Notes: a model not told the origin generated them from the letters alone. 64,000 nt of DNA from Candidatus Marinacidobacterales bacterium (GCA_965224085.1 CBDCYI010000011.1:64001-128000), one strand, 5' to 3'; positions 28,459 to 39,049 are shown, counted from the stretch's first letter. Made by a program: numbers and translations.

Positions 28459-29904
28459 TTGATCGGCTTCGAAGGATTGGACCTGGCCGTCCTCGTCGGA
28501 TACTTGACGGCGACGACGGCCTGGGGCGCCTGGCTCGGTCGAGGGCAGACCGGTGGGACCGACTACTTTCTGGGAAACCGGGAGCTCCCCTGGGGGGCGG
28601 TCATGCTGTCCGTGGTGGCCACGGAGACCAGCACGCTCACTTTCCTGAGCATTCCTGGTGTTGCCTATCTCGGCACACTGGTTTTTCTGCAGCTGACGTT
28701 CGGCTACCTCACCGGGCGGACTGTGGTCTCTGCGATCCTTCTGCCGGCTTACTACCGGGGAAAGATCACGACGGCCTACGCCTTGCTCGAGACCCGCTTC
28801 GGCATACGCGCCCGGCACTTTACTTCCGGAGTCTTCATGATCACACGCCTGCTCGCGGACTCGGTGCGTCTGTTCGCGACGTCCATCCCCCTAGCCCTCA
28901 TCACGGGGTGGCCCTACGCATTATCCATCGTGGTCATCGGTTTACTCACGGTGGTGTACACCTATTTCGGCGGCATCAAAGCCGTCATCTGGGTAGATGC
29001 GTTGCAGATGTTCCTTTACCTCGTGGGTGCGGTGGCGGCCGCGGTGGCTCTCTCAGGCCTCGTGGAAGGCGGGTGGGCTGCGATGCTTGCGCAAGCTTCC
29101 GCGGCAGGCAAATTGCAGGTTCTGGATTTCGGGCTCGTTGTGTCGCGTCCCTACACTTTCTGGGCAGGACTCGTCGGGGGCGCCTTCCTCACCATGGGCT
29201 CCCACGGAGTGGATCAGATCATCGTGCAGCGCCTGCTCACTTGCAAGGATCTGCGCGCGAGTCAGAAGGCTCTCGTGGGCAGCGGCATCATGGTCATGGC
29301 CCAGTTCGTCATCTTCCTCATGGTCGGCATGGGTTTATGGGCTTTCTATCAGGGTCGAAGCTTCGAGCGCAGCGACGAGATATTCGCGCGCTTCATCGTC
29401 GAGCAAATGCCAGCGGGGCTCTCGGGACTGTTGATCGCCGGTGTCTTCGCCGCGGCCATGTCGTCCCTCTCCTCTTCCATTAATTCGCTGGCTTCCGCCA
29501 CAGCCTATGACTTCTGGGCCCCGGCAACGGGTCGCGAGAAGGACGAGCGAGCCGTATTGCGCATGGGCAAGCTCTTCACGCTCGCGTGGGCGACTCTGCT
29601 CATCGCTGGGGCCATCGTCTTCATCCCTTTGAGTCAAGGGAACGCGGCGGTCGAGGTGTCACTGGCGATCCAGTCGCTCGTCTATGGAGGTCTTCTCGGA
29701 GGGTTCGCGCTGGGAGTGCTCGTTCCTCGAGCGGACGAGCGCAGCGTAATGATTGGAATGGCTGTTGGGATCGGTACGGTCACCGTAATTTGGTTGACCG
29801 CCCGCTCCGCCGTCGCCTGGCCTTGGTTCGTGCTGGTCGGCGCCGCGGTTACAGTCGCCGTCGGGAGTGTCTTGGGTCGAGGACGCACTGAAGCCGCGAG
29901 ATGA
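28459..29904 (+). CDS. Sodium:solute symporter
   Basis: DYFLGNR.LPW, SVVATETS, GGIKAVIWVD, DQIIVQRLL, AAAMSSLSSSINS. Confidence 0.93.
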   Translation: MIGFEGLDLAVLVGYLTATTAWGAWLGRGQTGGTDYFLGNRELPWGAVMLSVVATETSTLTFLSIPGVAYLGTLVFLQLTFGYLTGRTVVSAILLPAYYRGKITTAYALLETRFGIRARHFTSGVFMITRLLADSVRLFATSIPLALITGWPYALSIVVIGLLTVVYTYFGGIKAVIWVDALQMFLYLVGAVAAAVALSGLVEGGWAAMLAQASAAGKLQVLDFGLVVSRPYTFWAGLVGGAFLTMGSHGVDQIIVQRLLTCKDLRASQKALVGSGIMVMAQFVIFLMVGMGLWAFYQGRSFERSDEIFARFIVEQMPAGLSGLLIAGVFAAAMSSLSSSINSLASATAYDFWAPATGREKDERAVLRMGKLFTLAWATLLIAGAIVFIPLSQGNAAVEVSLAIQSLVYGGLLGGFALGVLVPRADERSVMIGMAVGIGTVTVIWLTARSAVAWPWFVLVGAAVTVAVGSVLGRGRTEAAR

Positions 29905-29974
29905 CAAAGTCGACCGCGACCCGAGCACGTTGACATCCTAGTGTTCTGAGAATACTTTCACGTAGATTTGCACG

Positions 29975-30030
29975 GGTCGATAAGCCGGCCGAAGCCGCCC
30001 CCGACAATGACGACGTGGGGAAGCAAGGAC
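29975..30030 (-). pseudogene. Tiny N-terminal remnant of an FAD-dependent (NDH-2-like) oxidoreductase
   Basis: PHVVIVGGGFG Rossmann start, then the coding signal is lost. Confidence 0.45.
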
Positions 30031-30033
30031 GGG

Positions 30034-30300
30034 CTAGCTCTTCTTGTCGAAGGCCTCGAAGGGGATGGCCTCGTCTTCGAGCATGATGGGGATCGCGTCC
30101 CGGATCGGGTAGAGAAACTTGCGGTCTTCTCTCAAGAGCCCGGCGTCGATCTTTTCCTCGACCGCTTGGCCGCCCCGGTTCGAAACACCGCCCGCCGCGA
30201 TCTGCTCGTTGACGCGGTCGATCGCCTCGCCTTCGAGAAGTGTGACGGGCTGCTTGGTATCTGGGCAACAGAGAATTTCGAGTAGCTCCGAGTCAATCAT
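30034..30300 (-). CDS. Trm112-family protein
   Basis: MIDSELLEILCCP..K..V, YPIRDAIPIML.DEA. Confidence 0.9.
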   Translation of the reverse strand: MIDSELLEILCCPDTKQPVTLLEGEAIDRVNEQIAAGGVSNRGGQAVEEKIDAGLLREDRKFLYPIRDAIPIMLEDEAIPFEAFDKKS

Positions 30301-30445
30301 GGTGCTGTAAAGCTAGCACAAAGCACTAAGCGAAGACGAATGCTGCGTGATAGGTGTCGTACCGCTCCTTGTCGATTTCGCGTGAAGTGCTTCATGGCGG
30401 TGCGGGGTACGAAACGACTAGGATGCACTTGAAGGAGGAACGACA

Positions 30446-31534
30446 TTGCGAGTCCTTCTGTGTGTGGCTGTCCTACTCTCGGCGCCTGTTGCTGACGCGC
30501 AAGAGCACGCGGCACCAAAAGTTCGCCAGATCCCGAGCTATCTCGAAGGCAGAGAACGAAACGCCGCCGAGCTCTACGAGCAGGTCGTACCCACGGTCGT
30601 CACGATCTTTACCAGCCAGCAAGTTTTTACGAAGGCGGGCGAGGAAGCTCAACGCGGCATGGGAAGCGGCGTTTTGATCTCTACAGACGGTCACGTTCTG
30701 ACGGCGGCCCATGTCGTGGACGGCTCGGATGCCATCGTCGTCAAGGTGCACGACGGCTCGATGCTCGAAGTCGAGCTGCTATTCAGCGAGGCGAGCGCGG
30801 ACATCGCCCTGCTTCGACTGAAGGCGCCCGCGCCCGACCTCCCGCACGCCGCGCTCGGCGATTCCGACCTGCTCGCTGTCGGACAGGCCGTCTATGTCAT
30901 TGGTGCACCCTATGGCCTCGAGAACTCTTACTCGCTCGGCAATATCAGCGGGTTTCGCGAGTTCAACCGGCTCTACGACGGCACGATCCTCGCGGAGTTC
31001 ATCCAGACCGACGCGGCCATCAACTCGGGCAATAGCGGCGGACCGATGTTCAACTCGAAGGGCGAAGTGATTGGGATCTCGTCACGCATCCTTACGGAGT
31101 CGGGAGGATTTCAGGGCCTTGGATTCGTCGTCACGATCAACACGGCCAAACAACTCTTGGCCCTCGAAGAACGTGCGTGGACCGGCCTCGATTCCATCTT
31201 TCTCGATCGCGACCGCCTCGCGACCATTCTCAATCTGGATTACGAGGGTGGTTTACTCGTCCAGCGCGTCGCCCGAGGAAGCCCGGCGGACAAAGCCGGG
31301 ATTCGAGGCGGGACCATACCCGCCGAGATCGCGGGGCGCGAGCTTCTGCTCGGCGGCGATCTGATACTCGAGATGGAGGGTCAAGAGGCCTGCCACGCCG
31401 CGTGCCTCGTTCGATCCGCGTCTCGGATCCGCCAACAAGACCGAATCCGCGTCAAGCTTCTGCGCGGCGGCACGGTCATGGAAGTCGTTCTCGACGTTTC
31501 CGACACGCGTCGAAATTTTCTCGATGCGAGCTAG
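30446..31534 (+). CDS. HtrA/DegP-like trypsin serine protease with a PDZ domain
   Basis: TAAHVV, DIALL, IQTDAAINSGNSGGP triad; GSPADKAG PDZ; signal peptide; AAGGAGG RBS. Confidence 0.92.
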   Translation: MRVLLCVAVLLSAPVADAQEHAAPKVRQIPSYLEGRERNAAELYEQVVPTVVTIFTSQQVFTKAGEEAQRGMGSGVLISTDGHVLTAAHVVDGSDAIVVKVHDGSMLEVELLFSEASADIALLRLKAPAPDLPHAALGDSDLLAVGQAVYVIGAPYGLENSYSLGNISGFREFNRLYDGTILAEFIQTDAAINSGNSGGPMFNSKGEVIGISSRILTESGGFQGLGFVVTINTAKQLLALEERAWTGLDSIFLDRDRLATILNLDYEGGLLVQRVARGSPADKAGIRGGTIPAEIAGRELLLGGDLILEMEGQEACHAACLVRSASRIRQQDRIRVKLLRGGTVMEVVLDVSDTRRNFLDAS

Positions 31535-31573
31535 CGGGGCCCGGGCCTCGATTCGGGTTGAGCTCTACCTCTC

Positions 31574-32095
31574 CTATTCTGGAAGGAGCTCTTCGAGCGC
31601 CAAGCGCGTTTTGGGATGGAGCTCGTTCTCATCGAAGTAGCGGGCCACGATGGCTAGCGCCTCTTTCGCGCTCGAGATATCGAGGTGTCGAAGCAAGTAA
31701 CGAACGTCGTCGAGATCGTGGAACTCTTCGCCGAGTCGCATCGCCGCGCATTTCATGGCGAGGAGATAGTGGGGCTCGGCGACATAGACCCGAAGATGCG
31801 ACCGCTCGAGATAGGGGGCGAACTCTCCGCGAGGGCTGAGAAAGCTTTTGACGGCGTCGTTGAGCCAGGTCCTCGGCACGTTCGCCCGGGCCGCGACCCG
31901 GGCCGCCGACTCGCGAATCAGCTTCGTGGGCTTGAAAAAAGCGTCCACGTCGCGTGTCGCGTCACGCGCCTCCAGAACGAGACACATGACCGCGCCGCCG
32001 ACGACATAGACTTCCCCCAAGCTGTTCTCTTTTGCGAGCTCGGAGTCGAGAAGGTCGAACAGACGAACGATGTCCGATTTCGTTAGTCGCGTCAC
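31574..32095 (-). CDS. DUF6036-like nucleotidyltransferase (putative toxin)
   Basis: VVGGAVM..ATRDVD (GG and DxD), WLNDAV, LLAMK..R, DLDD. Confidence 0.8.
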   Translation of the reverse strand: MTRLTKSDIVRLFDLLDSELAKENSLGEVYVVGGAVMCLVLEARDATRDVDAFFKPTKLIRESAARVAARANVPRTWLNDAVKSFLSPRGEFAPYLERSHLRVYVAEPHYLLAMKCAAMRLGEEFHDLDDVRYLLRHLDISSAKEALAIVARYFDENELHPKTRLALEELLPE

Positions 32096-32107
32096 AGCTT
32101 TTTCCGA

Positions 32108-32605
32108 TCAAATGCGGTCGCCAACCCCGGAGTCGACGAAGATGTTGCGCCGTCGGAACGGCACCGGCGAGGCACGCAATAGGTGCCGACGCAAACTCAA
32201 CAGGGGCGCGGCGTAATGAGGCTCCGTCAGAGGCTCGATGTCGCCGAGCCACCTCGGCGGCGAGACACCCTTTTGCTGCGCAGCCTGCTCCACCATCGCG
32301 GCAACGTAGTTCTGCCAGTAGGGTGCTAGAGCTCCGACCGGGGCCTCGCTCAACGCGTCCAGGAATTCGGCTCGCGTCAAGTCGGTGAGCATGTCGTTCA
32401 ACGCAGCGAGCGCGTAACGGCGCTCGCTGCGCTCGCTCTCGCCTGAAAGAGACCGCCACAGCTCGGCGAAACGGAGTTTGACCTTCGGCAAGGCGCGCGA
32501 AAGGACGTAGGCCGAAATTCCCAGTCCTCCGCGTCGCGCCAAGCGTCTCAGCGCTGCTTTCTCGGCGGACGTGACGCGAATCTGGAGCTGCTGTGTCCTG
32601 CTCAT
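32108..32605 (-). CDS. Putative antitoxin with an N-terminal ribbon-helix-helix domain
   Basis: QLQIRVT..EK..L...A...G..ISAYV (RHH); C-terminal P.W..EPL..P..SP.PFRRRNIF. Confidence 0.7.
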   Translation of the reverse strand: MSRTQQLQIRVTSAEKAALRRLARRGGLGISAYVLSRALPKVKLRFAELWRSLSGESERSERRYALAALNDMLTDLTRAEFLDALSEAPVGALAPYWQNYVAAMVEQAAQQKGVSPPRWLGDIEPLTEPHYAAPLLSLRRHLLRASPVPFRRRNIFVDSGVGDRI

Positions 32606-32611
32606 GGATCG

Positions 32612-32656
32612 AGAATAGCGGCACGTAGCCATATTGTCAATACATAAGTATTGACA
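32612..32656 (-). promoter_or_regulatory. Sigma70 promoter TTGACA-17-TATTCT with an overlapping palindromic operator
   Basis: -35 at 32635-32640; -10 at 32612-32617; ATG 6 nt downstream; perfect IR TGTCAATAC-ataa-GTATTGACA at 32635-32656. Confidence 0.8.
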
Positions 32657-32991
32657 CAATGAGCTCGTGCGTCGGGACGATCATCACCGTTTGACCACCG
32701 GCACCGGACATGTAAAAGGCGCTTCGGGGAATGCTCCATCGTCCGCTGCCATTGACCCAGAACAAGCCCCCCGTAAACATATCCCGTCATAAGAAAATTG
32801 CCGTAAGGGTCGGACCCCAGTTGCGGGCGTGCCCACTAACGCCCGAGGGAGGTGGAGCGCCAAGCTGATGTCAGGTTCTAGTGAAAGAGAATGCCCTCGC
32901 GGCGATATTGGCGAACGACGAGTGCTAAGAGAGCGAGCCCGGCGGCGAGGGTCACGGCAGAGGAAAGAGCGACGTTCGCCGCGGTCAACGG

Positions 32992-33400
32992 CTAGCCGCG
33001 TAGGACTTGATTGATGAATAGCTGTTGGCCCACCGTCGGCAGAAGCACGACCCAGAGTGATTCTTTGATGGGCAAGACCGCCATGATGAGCGCGGGGAGC
33101 GCGGGGACGAGGAGCATGAGCGAGATGTAGTTTTGGGCTTCCTTGAAGCTTTTCGTGTAGCTTGCGATCATCAGCTGAAGCGCGACGACGAAAACCATCA
33201 GCGGCAGGCACAGCAGCAAGATCGACAAAAGCGCTTCGGGAGTGAGCTGCATCCGCACCCCGATATAGCGCTCCATCGGCACGTAGTTGAGGATGATCGC
33301 GAAGCCCAAGAGCGTTTCGACGAGCGCTACGGCCGTGAAGAGCAATACCGCGGCGGCTTTTCCGGCTACGAGCTGCGAGCGGCTCACGGGGTTGATGAAG
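32992..33400 (-). pseudogene. Internal fragment of a NatB-like ABC permease
   Basis: PVSRSQLVAGK, ASYTKSFKEAQNY; ends at a CTAG before the last TM segment. Confidence 0.75.
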
Positions 33401-33654
33401 CTTCAAAGCCGAGGACGGAAAGATCACCGGTCCCTTCAACGGCGCCGGCGACACCGCGACGCCCACATGGATCAATTTTTTCTGCTTCTGGCTCTTTCAA
33501 ATCCCCTTGGCCTGGCTGCTCGCCATGCCCCTCGATATCGGCCCAACTGGCGTTTTTGTCGCGATCGCGCTTTCTTACTCTCTCTCGGCGGTCGTCGGCA
33601 TCCTCCTGTTCCGTCGAGGCAAGTGGAAAGAAAAGAAGGTGTAAACTCTGTCGG

Positions 33655-34826
33655 GTGAAGCGCTCGACGTTCCTCCTGACCTTTCTACTGCTTGCCCATT
33701 TTGCCGAGGCACAAGAGCGACGGCTGGTTGCTCATCCTATGGCTCGGCTGGGTGCCGAGGCGAACCTCACCGCTTCGATCAGCTTGGGAGACGTGGACGG
33801 TGACGGCGATCTCGACGCCGTCGTTGCCAATGGCCGGCACTGGGCGCAGCAGAATTACGTGTTCTTGAACGGCGGCGACGGGTTCTTCCGTACGGCCAGG
33901 CGGCTTGGCGAAGAGCTTGCCACGAGCTACCGCGCGGCGCTCGGCGATTTCGACGGCGACGGCTATCCCGACGTCGTTGTCGCGAACTCGGGTTCCGCGA
34001 ACGACATTTATTTCAATGTGCCCGCCGAGGGCTCCACGCGAAATTGGCCGGGCTTTCGAGGTCCGAATGCTTCGGGTCTCGCCGACGGGCTCGATCTTCC
34101 CGATGCATGGGACGGCGAAAGCTTGACCCATATCGAGTGGAAAACACCCATTCCGGGCCTTGGACATTCGAGCCCGATCTTTTGGGCCGATCGCGTTTTC
34201 TTGACGACGGCGGTCAGCGATGACCCGGACTCGATCTTCGTTCATGGGCTCGACGGCCGTATCGACCGCCGTACGGACCTGTCGCGTCACAGCTTCCGAG
34301 TCTATTGTCTCGATCGGCGAAGCGGCGCGATTGTGGGAGCGTGAAGCGTCGAGGCGCCTTTTTGGAAGCTCGAAAAACACGACGCCGACGCCGGTTGTTC
34401 GCGCGATCGCGTATACATCACGAGCGGCTACCGCATCAAGCCAATCTTCGCTCTGCGCCACGGTGGAGAGATCGCGTGGCGCACGGAGCGCGACGGCTCT
34501 TACGTGACGACGCCGATCGTCTATCGCGACTATCTCTACACGTGCCAGAACAACGGTGTCATCTCCTGCTACCGAGCGGCGAGCGGGTTTATCAGAAGCG
34601 CGTCGCGTCGGGAGCGTTCAGCGCGTCACCGATCGCCTCCGACGGCAAGCTCTATCTCACGAGCGAGGACGGGGAGATCTACGTCGTGCGCGCGGGTCCT
34701 GAGTTCGAGCTTCTGCAGACGAACCGCATGGGCGAGATCACGATGGCGACTCCTGCCGCTGCGAAAAGCCAACTACTCGTTCGCACGCAGCACCATCTCT
34801 TTTCGATCCGCGAAACAAACCCGTAG
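33655..34826 (+). pseudogene. FG-GAP repeat / PQQ-binding beta-propeller gene with internal deletions and frameshifts
   Basis: GDVDGDGDLD, GDFDGDGYPD, NWPGFRGPN, PGLGHSSP, then YVTTP and FSASPIASDGKLY in other frames. Confidence 0.75.
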
Positions 34827-34839
34827 ACAACGTGATTCC

Positions 34840-35120
34840 CTAGCGCCTCCTCTGTTCTTTCCAGGGGTCGCCCACTTTGTGGGTAGCCGAGCCTCTCCCA
34901 GAAACCGGCTCGATCCTCTTCGACAAGCTCGAGCTTCGAGCCGCCAATCGGCAGTCGATATCGAAGGCGGACCGTGGGCATCGAGCACGGGCCATTTCTT
35001 CGTGCGCGCCTGACGCGGCGGCAAGCGTTCCTTGCGGCGTGTATCGGAGCTTACGAAGACGCCCTTCGGCAGATTCTCTGGAGCCGGGACCGCCTCTCCC
35101 TGAAGCTTGCTATCCGTCAC
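34840..35120 (-). pseudogene. Sulfite-oxidase-like molybdoenzyme remnant (N- and C-termini only)
   Basis: RLPPRQ..TKKWPVLD..WRL joined to ELVEEDRAGFWERLGY..GDPW. Confidence 0.7.
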
Positions 35121-35330
35121 GGTTCTGCCTTTCTCGCGAACTGCGAGTTGATCTTACCCTCTGAGACCGAGGCTTTGCTGCACACGTGTATGTGGCGCGC
35201 GGCCGATCGCAAATGTGTCGTCTCGACTGGAGAGCGGGGACACGAAGCCGTATGGGGGCCGACCGGGAGCGAGCTGTTCTATCGTGACAAGGAGTGGGTT
35301 TCGACCGAGGCTCTCGGGCTGCGATGCCGG

Positions 35331-38246
35331 TCAGTCAAGCTTTCGCTCGACTTCGCGGATGCGCTCGCGATCCATCTCGCCGTCTTTCCAAAATTCGAAG
35401 AAGCGTTCGTAGGCGTCCAGAGCGTCTTCTTCGTAGCCCCTTTCCTCGCGAAGCTTGCCGAGGAAATAAAAACTCCGAACGTAGCGAGTCGGCTCGAAGA
35501 TACGTTCTTCGGTCGAGTTGACGATGCGCTCGTACCACATCGTCGCTTCTCCGATATTGCCGGCCTCGCGATGAGCGTTGGCGATCGCATACCAGATGAC
35601 GGTGTGGAGACCTTCGACGCCGCGCGGAGGCAACATCGATTCCGCTTCGTTCAAATGGGCGATCGCCGACGCGAAGTCACCGAGCGCGAGCGCGAGCTCG
35701 CCTTCGAGAAGTTGGCGCATGCGTTCGCGTCCGGGCCCAAACGTTGGTTTCACCCGTTCGCGGAAGGCTTCCGCGAGCTCGCGCGCCCGCGTCTCGTCAC
35801 CCAGACGTGCCGAGGCGACGGCGGCGATGAAACGACTCTGTGGGCCCGAGTCGTACCGGTCGTCTGGCCCTTCGATCGTGAGCGCAGCCTCTCGCGCGCC
35901 TTCGTTGTCGCCGACGTCGAGCAGAACCCTCGCTTTGTACAACGTAGGCTGGTTTTTGAAACGTCCTTCTCCGGCCGCGATCAACGCGTCAATACCGTTG
36001 ATCACGGGCGTATAGCACCCTTTGTAGAGCTCGGTGATCGCGACGAGACGGCCACCGTAGAACTTCTCAATCATCTCTTCCGCCTCGAGCATGCTGGCAG
36101 CGATCTTTGCGGCGTCGTCCCACTCTTCTTCGAGAATATGCGCTTCCCAGAGGACGGGAGCCGTGCGGAATTTGCTCGCGCCCAACTCTTCGGCGCGCTC
36201 GAGCTCATTGAGACCACGTTCGATCTCGCCGCTCTCGATCGATAGCTGAGCTATCGAGACCAGTGTCATCCAGTCATCTGGGTTGCGTTCGTTGAACTCC
36301 TCGAGAACCGCTCGGGCGCGGGCATCATCGCCGCGCGCCTGGTAGGCCCTCGCGAGGTTCTCGTAGGTGGCGGGAAAGACCATGCCGCGGCTTTCGAGCT
36401 CTTCGAACTGCTCGATGGCCGCGTCGTAATCTTCGAGGTCGACGAGCAAGTTTCCGAGGTTGTGTCGTGCCGATCCGTGGTCGGGATAGAGCTTAATCGC
36501 CATGCGATAGGCTTCAAGCGCTCGATCGAGAGTTTCGGGATTTCGGGAGTAGTGCCAACCTTCGATGTAGTGTCGCTCCCTAGCGGAGAGCCGCTCGATA
36601 TGCTGGAGGGCGGCTACCGCAAATTCATCGGCTTCTTCCTGCCGGCCGAGGTTGTTATGGACGACGCCCAACTTCGCGAGGGCCATCGCGAATCCCGGGT
36701 CGAGCTCCACTGCGCGCCTGAAGTGCGGCAGAGCCTCCTCTTCGCGATAGCGTTCGTGTAGACGGATGCCTTCGGCGTAATGTCGATAGGCTTCGACGGA
36801 AGCGGTCGTCACGTCGCGCAGGTCACGGTCGAGCTCGCCTTCGAGCGCGACGACGGAGAAGTTGGCTTTGATGCGGCCGCTAATCTCGTCGACTAGATGA
36901 AAGACGCTCTCCTCACCCGTCCCTTCGGCCTTCTCCGAGAGCAAGACCCTGCCAGTATGCGCGTCTTCGAGGCGCGCCGAGATGCGGATCGAATCGCCTG
37001 CTTTCGCGAAGCTTCCACGAAGAACAGTATTCACGGAAGCGCGCCGCGCGAGCTCTTCGATGGCCTCCGAAGGCGTGGGTCCGCCGTGAATGCGGCCCAT
37101 CTCGTCGAGAATCTGATAGAGGCGGTCGGTGCCAAGAACCTCGAGCTCGGGCGATTGCGAGAGATCCGTCACCAGCATGTCGGTGAGTCCCATCCGCAGC
37201 CACTCGAGCTCTGGATCGCCGGACAGATTCTCGAAATGCAACACTGCGAGCGATGGCGTCTCGCTCGTTGGCGTAGGGTCGGGTGGCGTCAGGAGTAAGG
37301 CCATGATGGCGGCTACCGCAAAGACGCTTATTCCCGCCGCAACGGCGAGGCGTTTCAAGCGCGTCGCCTTCCCGCCGGAAGCGAGGCGCAGTCGCGCGAG
37401 CTTCAAATCCGCGAGCACCTCAGACATGTGCTGGTAGCGTTTGTCCGGCTCTTTTTCGAGACATCGGTCGATGATTGGTTGGAGAACCTGCCGCTCTTCC
37501 CCGTTCAAGCCCGGGATCTTCGGAGTCGGGTCGCGCAGGATGGCGTAGAGCGTGTCGATGCGGCTTTTGCCTTCGAACGGTGGCTGTCCGCCCAGCACGT
37601 GGAAGAGCAACAAGCCGAAGCTGAAGATGTCGCTTCGCGGGTCGACTTTCCCCCCGCGCGCCTGCTCAGGCGACATGTACGACACCGTCCCTTCGATGAC
37701 GCTCTCGCCCGTGACGCTCTTCTGGGCCGATTCGTCGGGGCGTGTCTCGCTGAGAAACGGATTTTTGTCCGCGTCGACGAGCCTCGCTAAACCGAAATCG
37801 ATCAGCTTCGGGTGGCCTTCGCTCGTCAGCATGACGTTCGCGGGTTTGACGTCACGATGCACGATGCCATGTGCATGCGCGTAGGTGAGCCCATGAGCGA
37901 CGCCACTTGCGAGCTCCAATCCTTCGCGCGGCGGGAGCCGCTCCGGCGATTTCAAGCGATCGGCTAGGCTTTTCCCGCGGAGAAGCTCCATGGCGATGAA
38001 GATAACGTCATCCGATTCGTCGATCTCGTGGATGACAGCGATGTGAGGGTGCTCGAGCGCCGCGGCTGCGGTGGCCTCCTGCACGAAGCGTTGGCGTCGG
38101 TCACTCTCCTTCACGAGTTCCGGCGGCAGGACTTTTAGCGCGACCTCGCGGAGAAGCTTTTCGTCGCGGGCGCGGTAGACGGTCTGGAGCTCGCCTCGAG
38201 TGATCTCCTCGAGGACCGTGTAATGTGAGAGCTTCTTGCCAATCAT
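35331..38246 (-). CDS. Hanks-type Ser/Thr kinase, TM, TolB-N-like domain and TPR repeats
   Basis: VALK, HRDVKPAN, DFGLA, GTVSYMSPEQ, SDIFS; SLAVLHFENLSGD; TPRs. Confidence 0.93.
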   Translation of the reverse strand: MIGKKLSHYTVLEEITRGELQTVYRARDEKLLREVALKVLPPELVKESDRRQRFVQEATAAAALEHPHIAVIHEIDESDDVIFIAMELLRGKSLADRLKSPERLPPREGLELASGVAHGLTYAHAHGIVHRDVKPANVMLTSEGHPKLIDFGLARLVDADKNPFLSETRPDESAQKSVTGESVIEGTVSYMSPEQARGGKVDPRSDIFSFGLLLFHVLGGQPPFEGKSRIDTLYAILRDPTPKIPGLNGEERQVLQPIIDRCLEKEPDKRYQHMSEVLADLKLARLRLASGGKATRLKRLAVAAGISVFAVAAIMALLLTPPDPTPTSETPSLAVLHFENLSGDPELEWLRMGLTDMLVTDLSQSPELEVLGTDRLYQILDEMGRIHGGPTPSEAIEELARRASVNTVLRGSFAKAGDSIRISARLEDAHTGRVLLSEKAEGTGEESVFHLVDEISGRIKANFSVVALEGELDRDLRDVTTASVEAYRHYAEGIRLHERYREEEALPHFRRAVELDPGFAMALAKLGVVHNNLGRQEEADEFAVAALQHIERLSARERHYIEGWHYSRNPETLDRALEAYRMAIKLYPDHGSARHNLGNLLVDLEDYDAAIEQFEELESRGMVFPATYENLARAYQARGDDARARAVLEEFNERNPDDWMTLVSIAQLSIESGEIERGLNELERAEELGASKFRTAPVLWEAHILEEEWDDAAKIAASMLEAEEMIEKFYGGRLVAITELYKGCYTPVINGIDALIAAGEGRFKNQPTLYKARVLLDVGDNEGAREAALTIEGPDDRYDSGPQSRFIAAVASARLGDETRARELAEAFRERVKPTFGPGRERMRQLLEGELALALGDFASAIAHLNEAESMLPPRGVEGLHTVIWYAIANAHREAGNIGEATMWYERIVNSTEERIFEPTRYVRSFYFLGKLREERGYEEDALDAYERFFEFWKDGEMDRERIREVERKLD

Positions 38247-38444
38247 TTCGTCTAATTAACACAAATGTCCACAGACATTCCCCAACAGGAGATTACGGGC
38301 GTCGGCCAGTAGAAGTTCCGCGGGCCCCGAGGTCTCTGAACGACGCGAACAGCTCCGGTAAGCTGTGCCCTGTCATATAGATAGGGACTGTGTCCCGCGA
38401 ACACCTACCGGAGGGGTCTGTGTGCGGGACCCGCGGGGCGATCG

Positions 38445-38500
38445 TGGTGCCGGAGGAGGGACTCGAATCCTCGCAGCAGCCAGGACCGCGGGATTTTGAA
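38445..38500 (-). repeat. Displaced 3' half of tRNA-Leu (att site)
   Basis: Near-identical to the 3' part of the tRNA at 40249-40336, from CCA up to the anticodon loop, with several mismatches. Confidence 0.88.
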
Positions 38501-38965
38501 AGCCGAGAGAGGCCCGTCGCCACCAGCACGCTTCCGGCTCGATCTTTTCCTTTCAATAACTTAGCGCCTCTCCTGGACACGCTCCAACACGTTGGAAAGC
38601 GGTCGGGACACATCATAGCGTACAAGCGAGCGTACAATTGGGGTGTTGTAGCGCGCGTTTTCGGGATGCTGGGACGAGCTCCAGAAGCGCTATCACGCGT
38701 AGGAAGGATTGCTTCCTCTGCGCGCGACGTCGAAGAGTGCATCCGGTGCCGGATAAGGTGGCGTGTTCACGTGAGGGCCGCCGCATGACCTGGCGTTGCC
38801 CTTATCGTTGCCGCCTTTATCGTCGGCTTCCTCCTGGGCAGCGCGGGCATGATGTCGAACGTCTGCCGTTCGGCCGAGCTTCGGCAAATTCCCCCGCCGT
38901 CGACAAAAACGCGTGCGCCAGTGCAAACTGTCGGCTTCCTCAGACGTACCGGGCACTAGACAGAC

Positions 38966-39049
38966 TAGAGCGTCGATACAGAACGGGAGAATGTTGCTGC
39001 GGTTGTAGGTAGCCATGATGACGGAGACCAAGGGTGACGTATCCTTCAT
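38966..39049 (-). pseudogene. N-terminal remnant of a GT2 glycosyltransferase
   Basis: PLVSVIMATYNRSNILPFCI, cut at CTAG-ACAGA-CTAG. Confidence 0.7.

Noticed and set aside
33133-33654. N-terminal part of the 403-aa ORF 33133-34344
   Set aside because: It is antisense to the NatB fragment; the real start is probably GTG 33655, which has a signal peptide and a -10 box.
34974-36245. 423-aa plus-strand ORF, and similar long ORFs such as 27175-28419, 48568-49854, 57399-58559 and 16923-17828
   Set aside because: Antisense or alternate-frame shadows of well-supported genes in GC-rich DNA. Only the IS1-like portion of 16923-17828 looks real.
38445-38500. Second tRNA-Leu gene
   Set aside because: It lacks the 5' half and D-arm; it is an att duplication.
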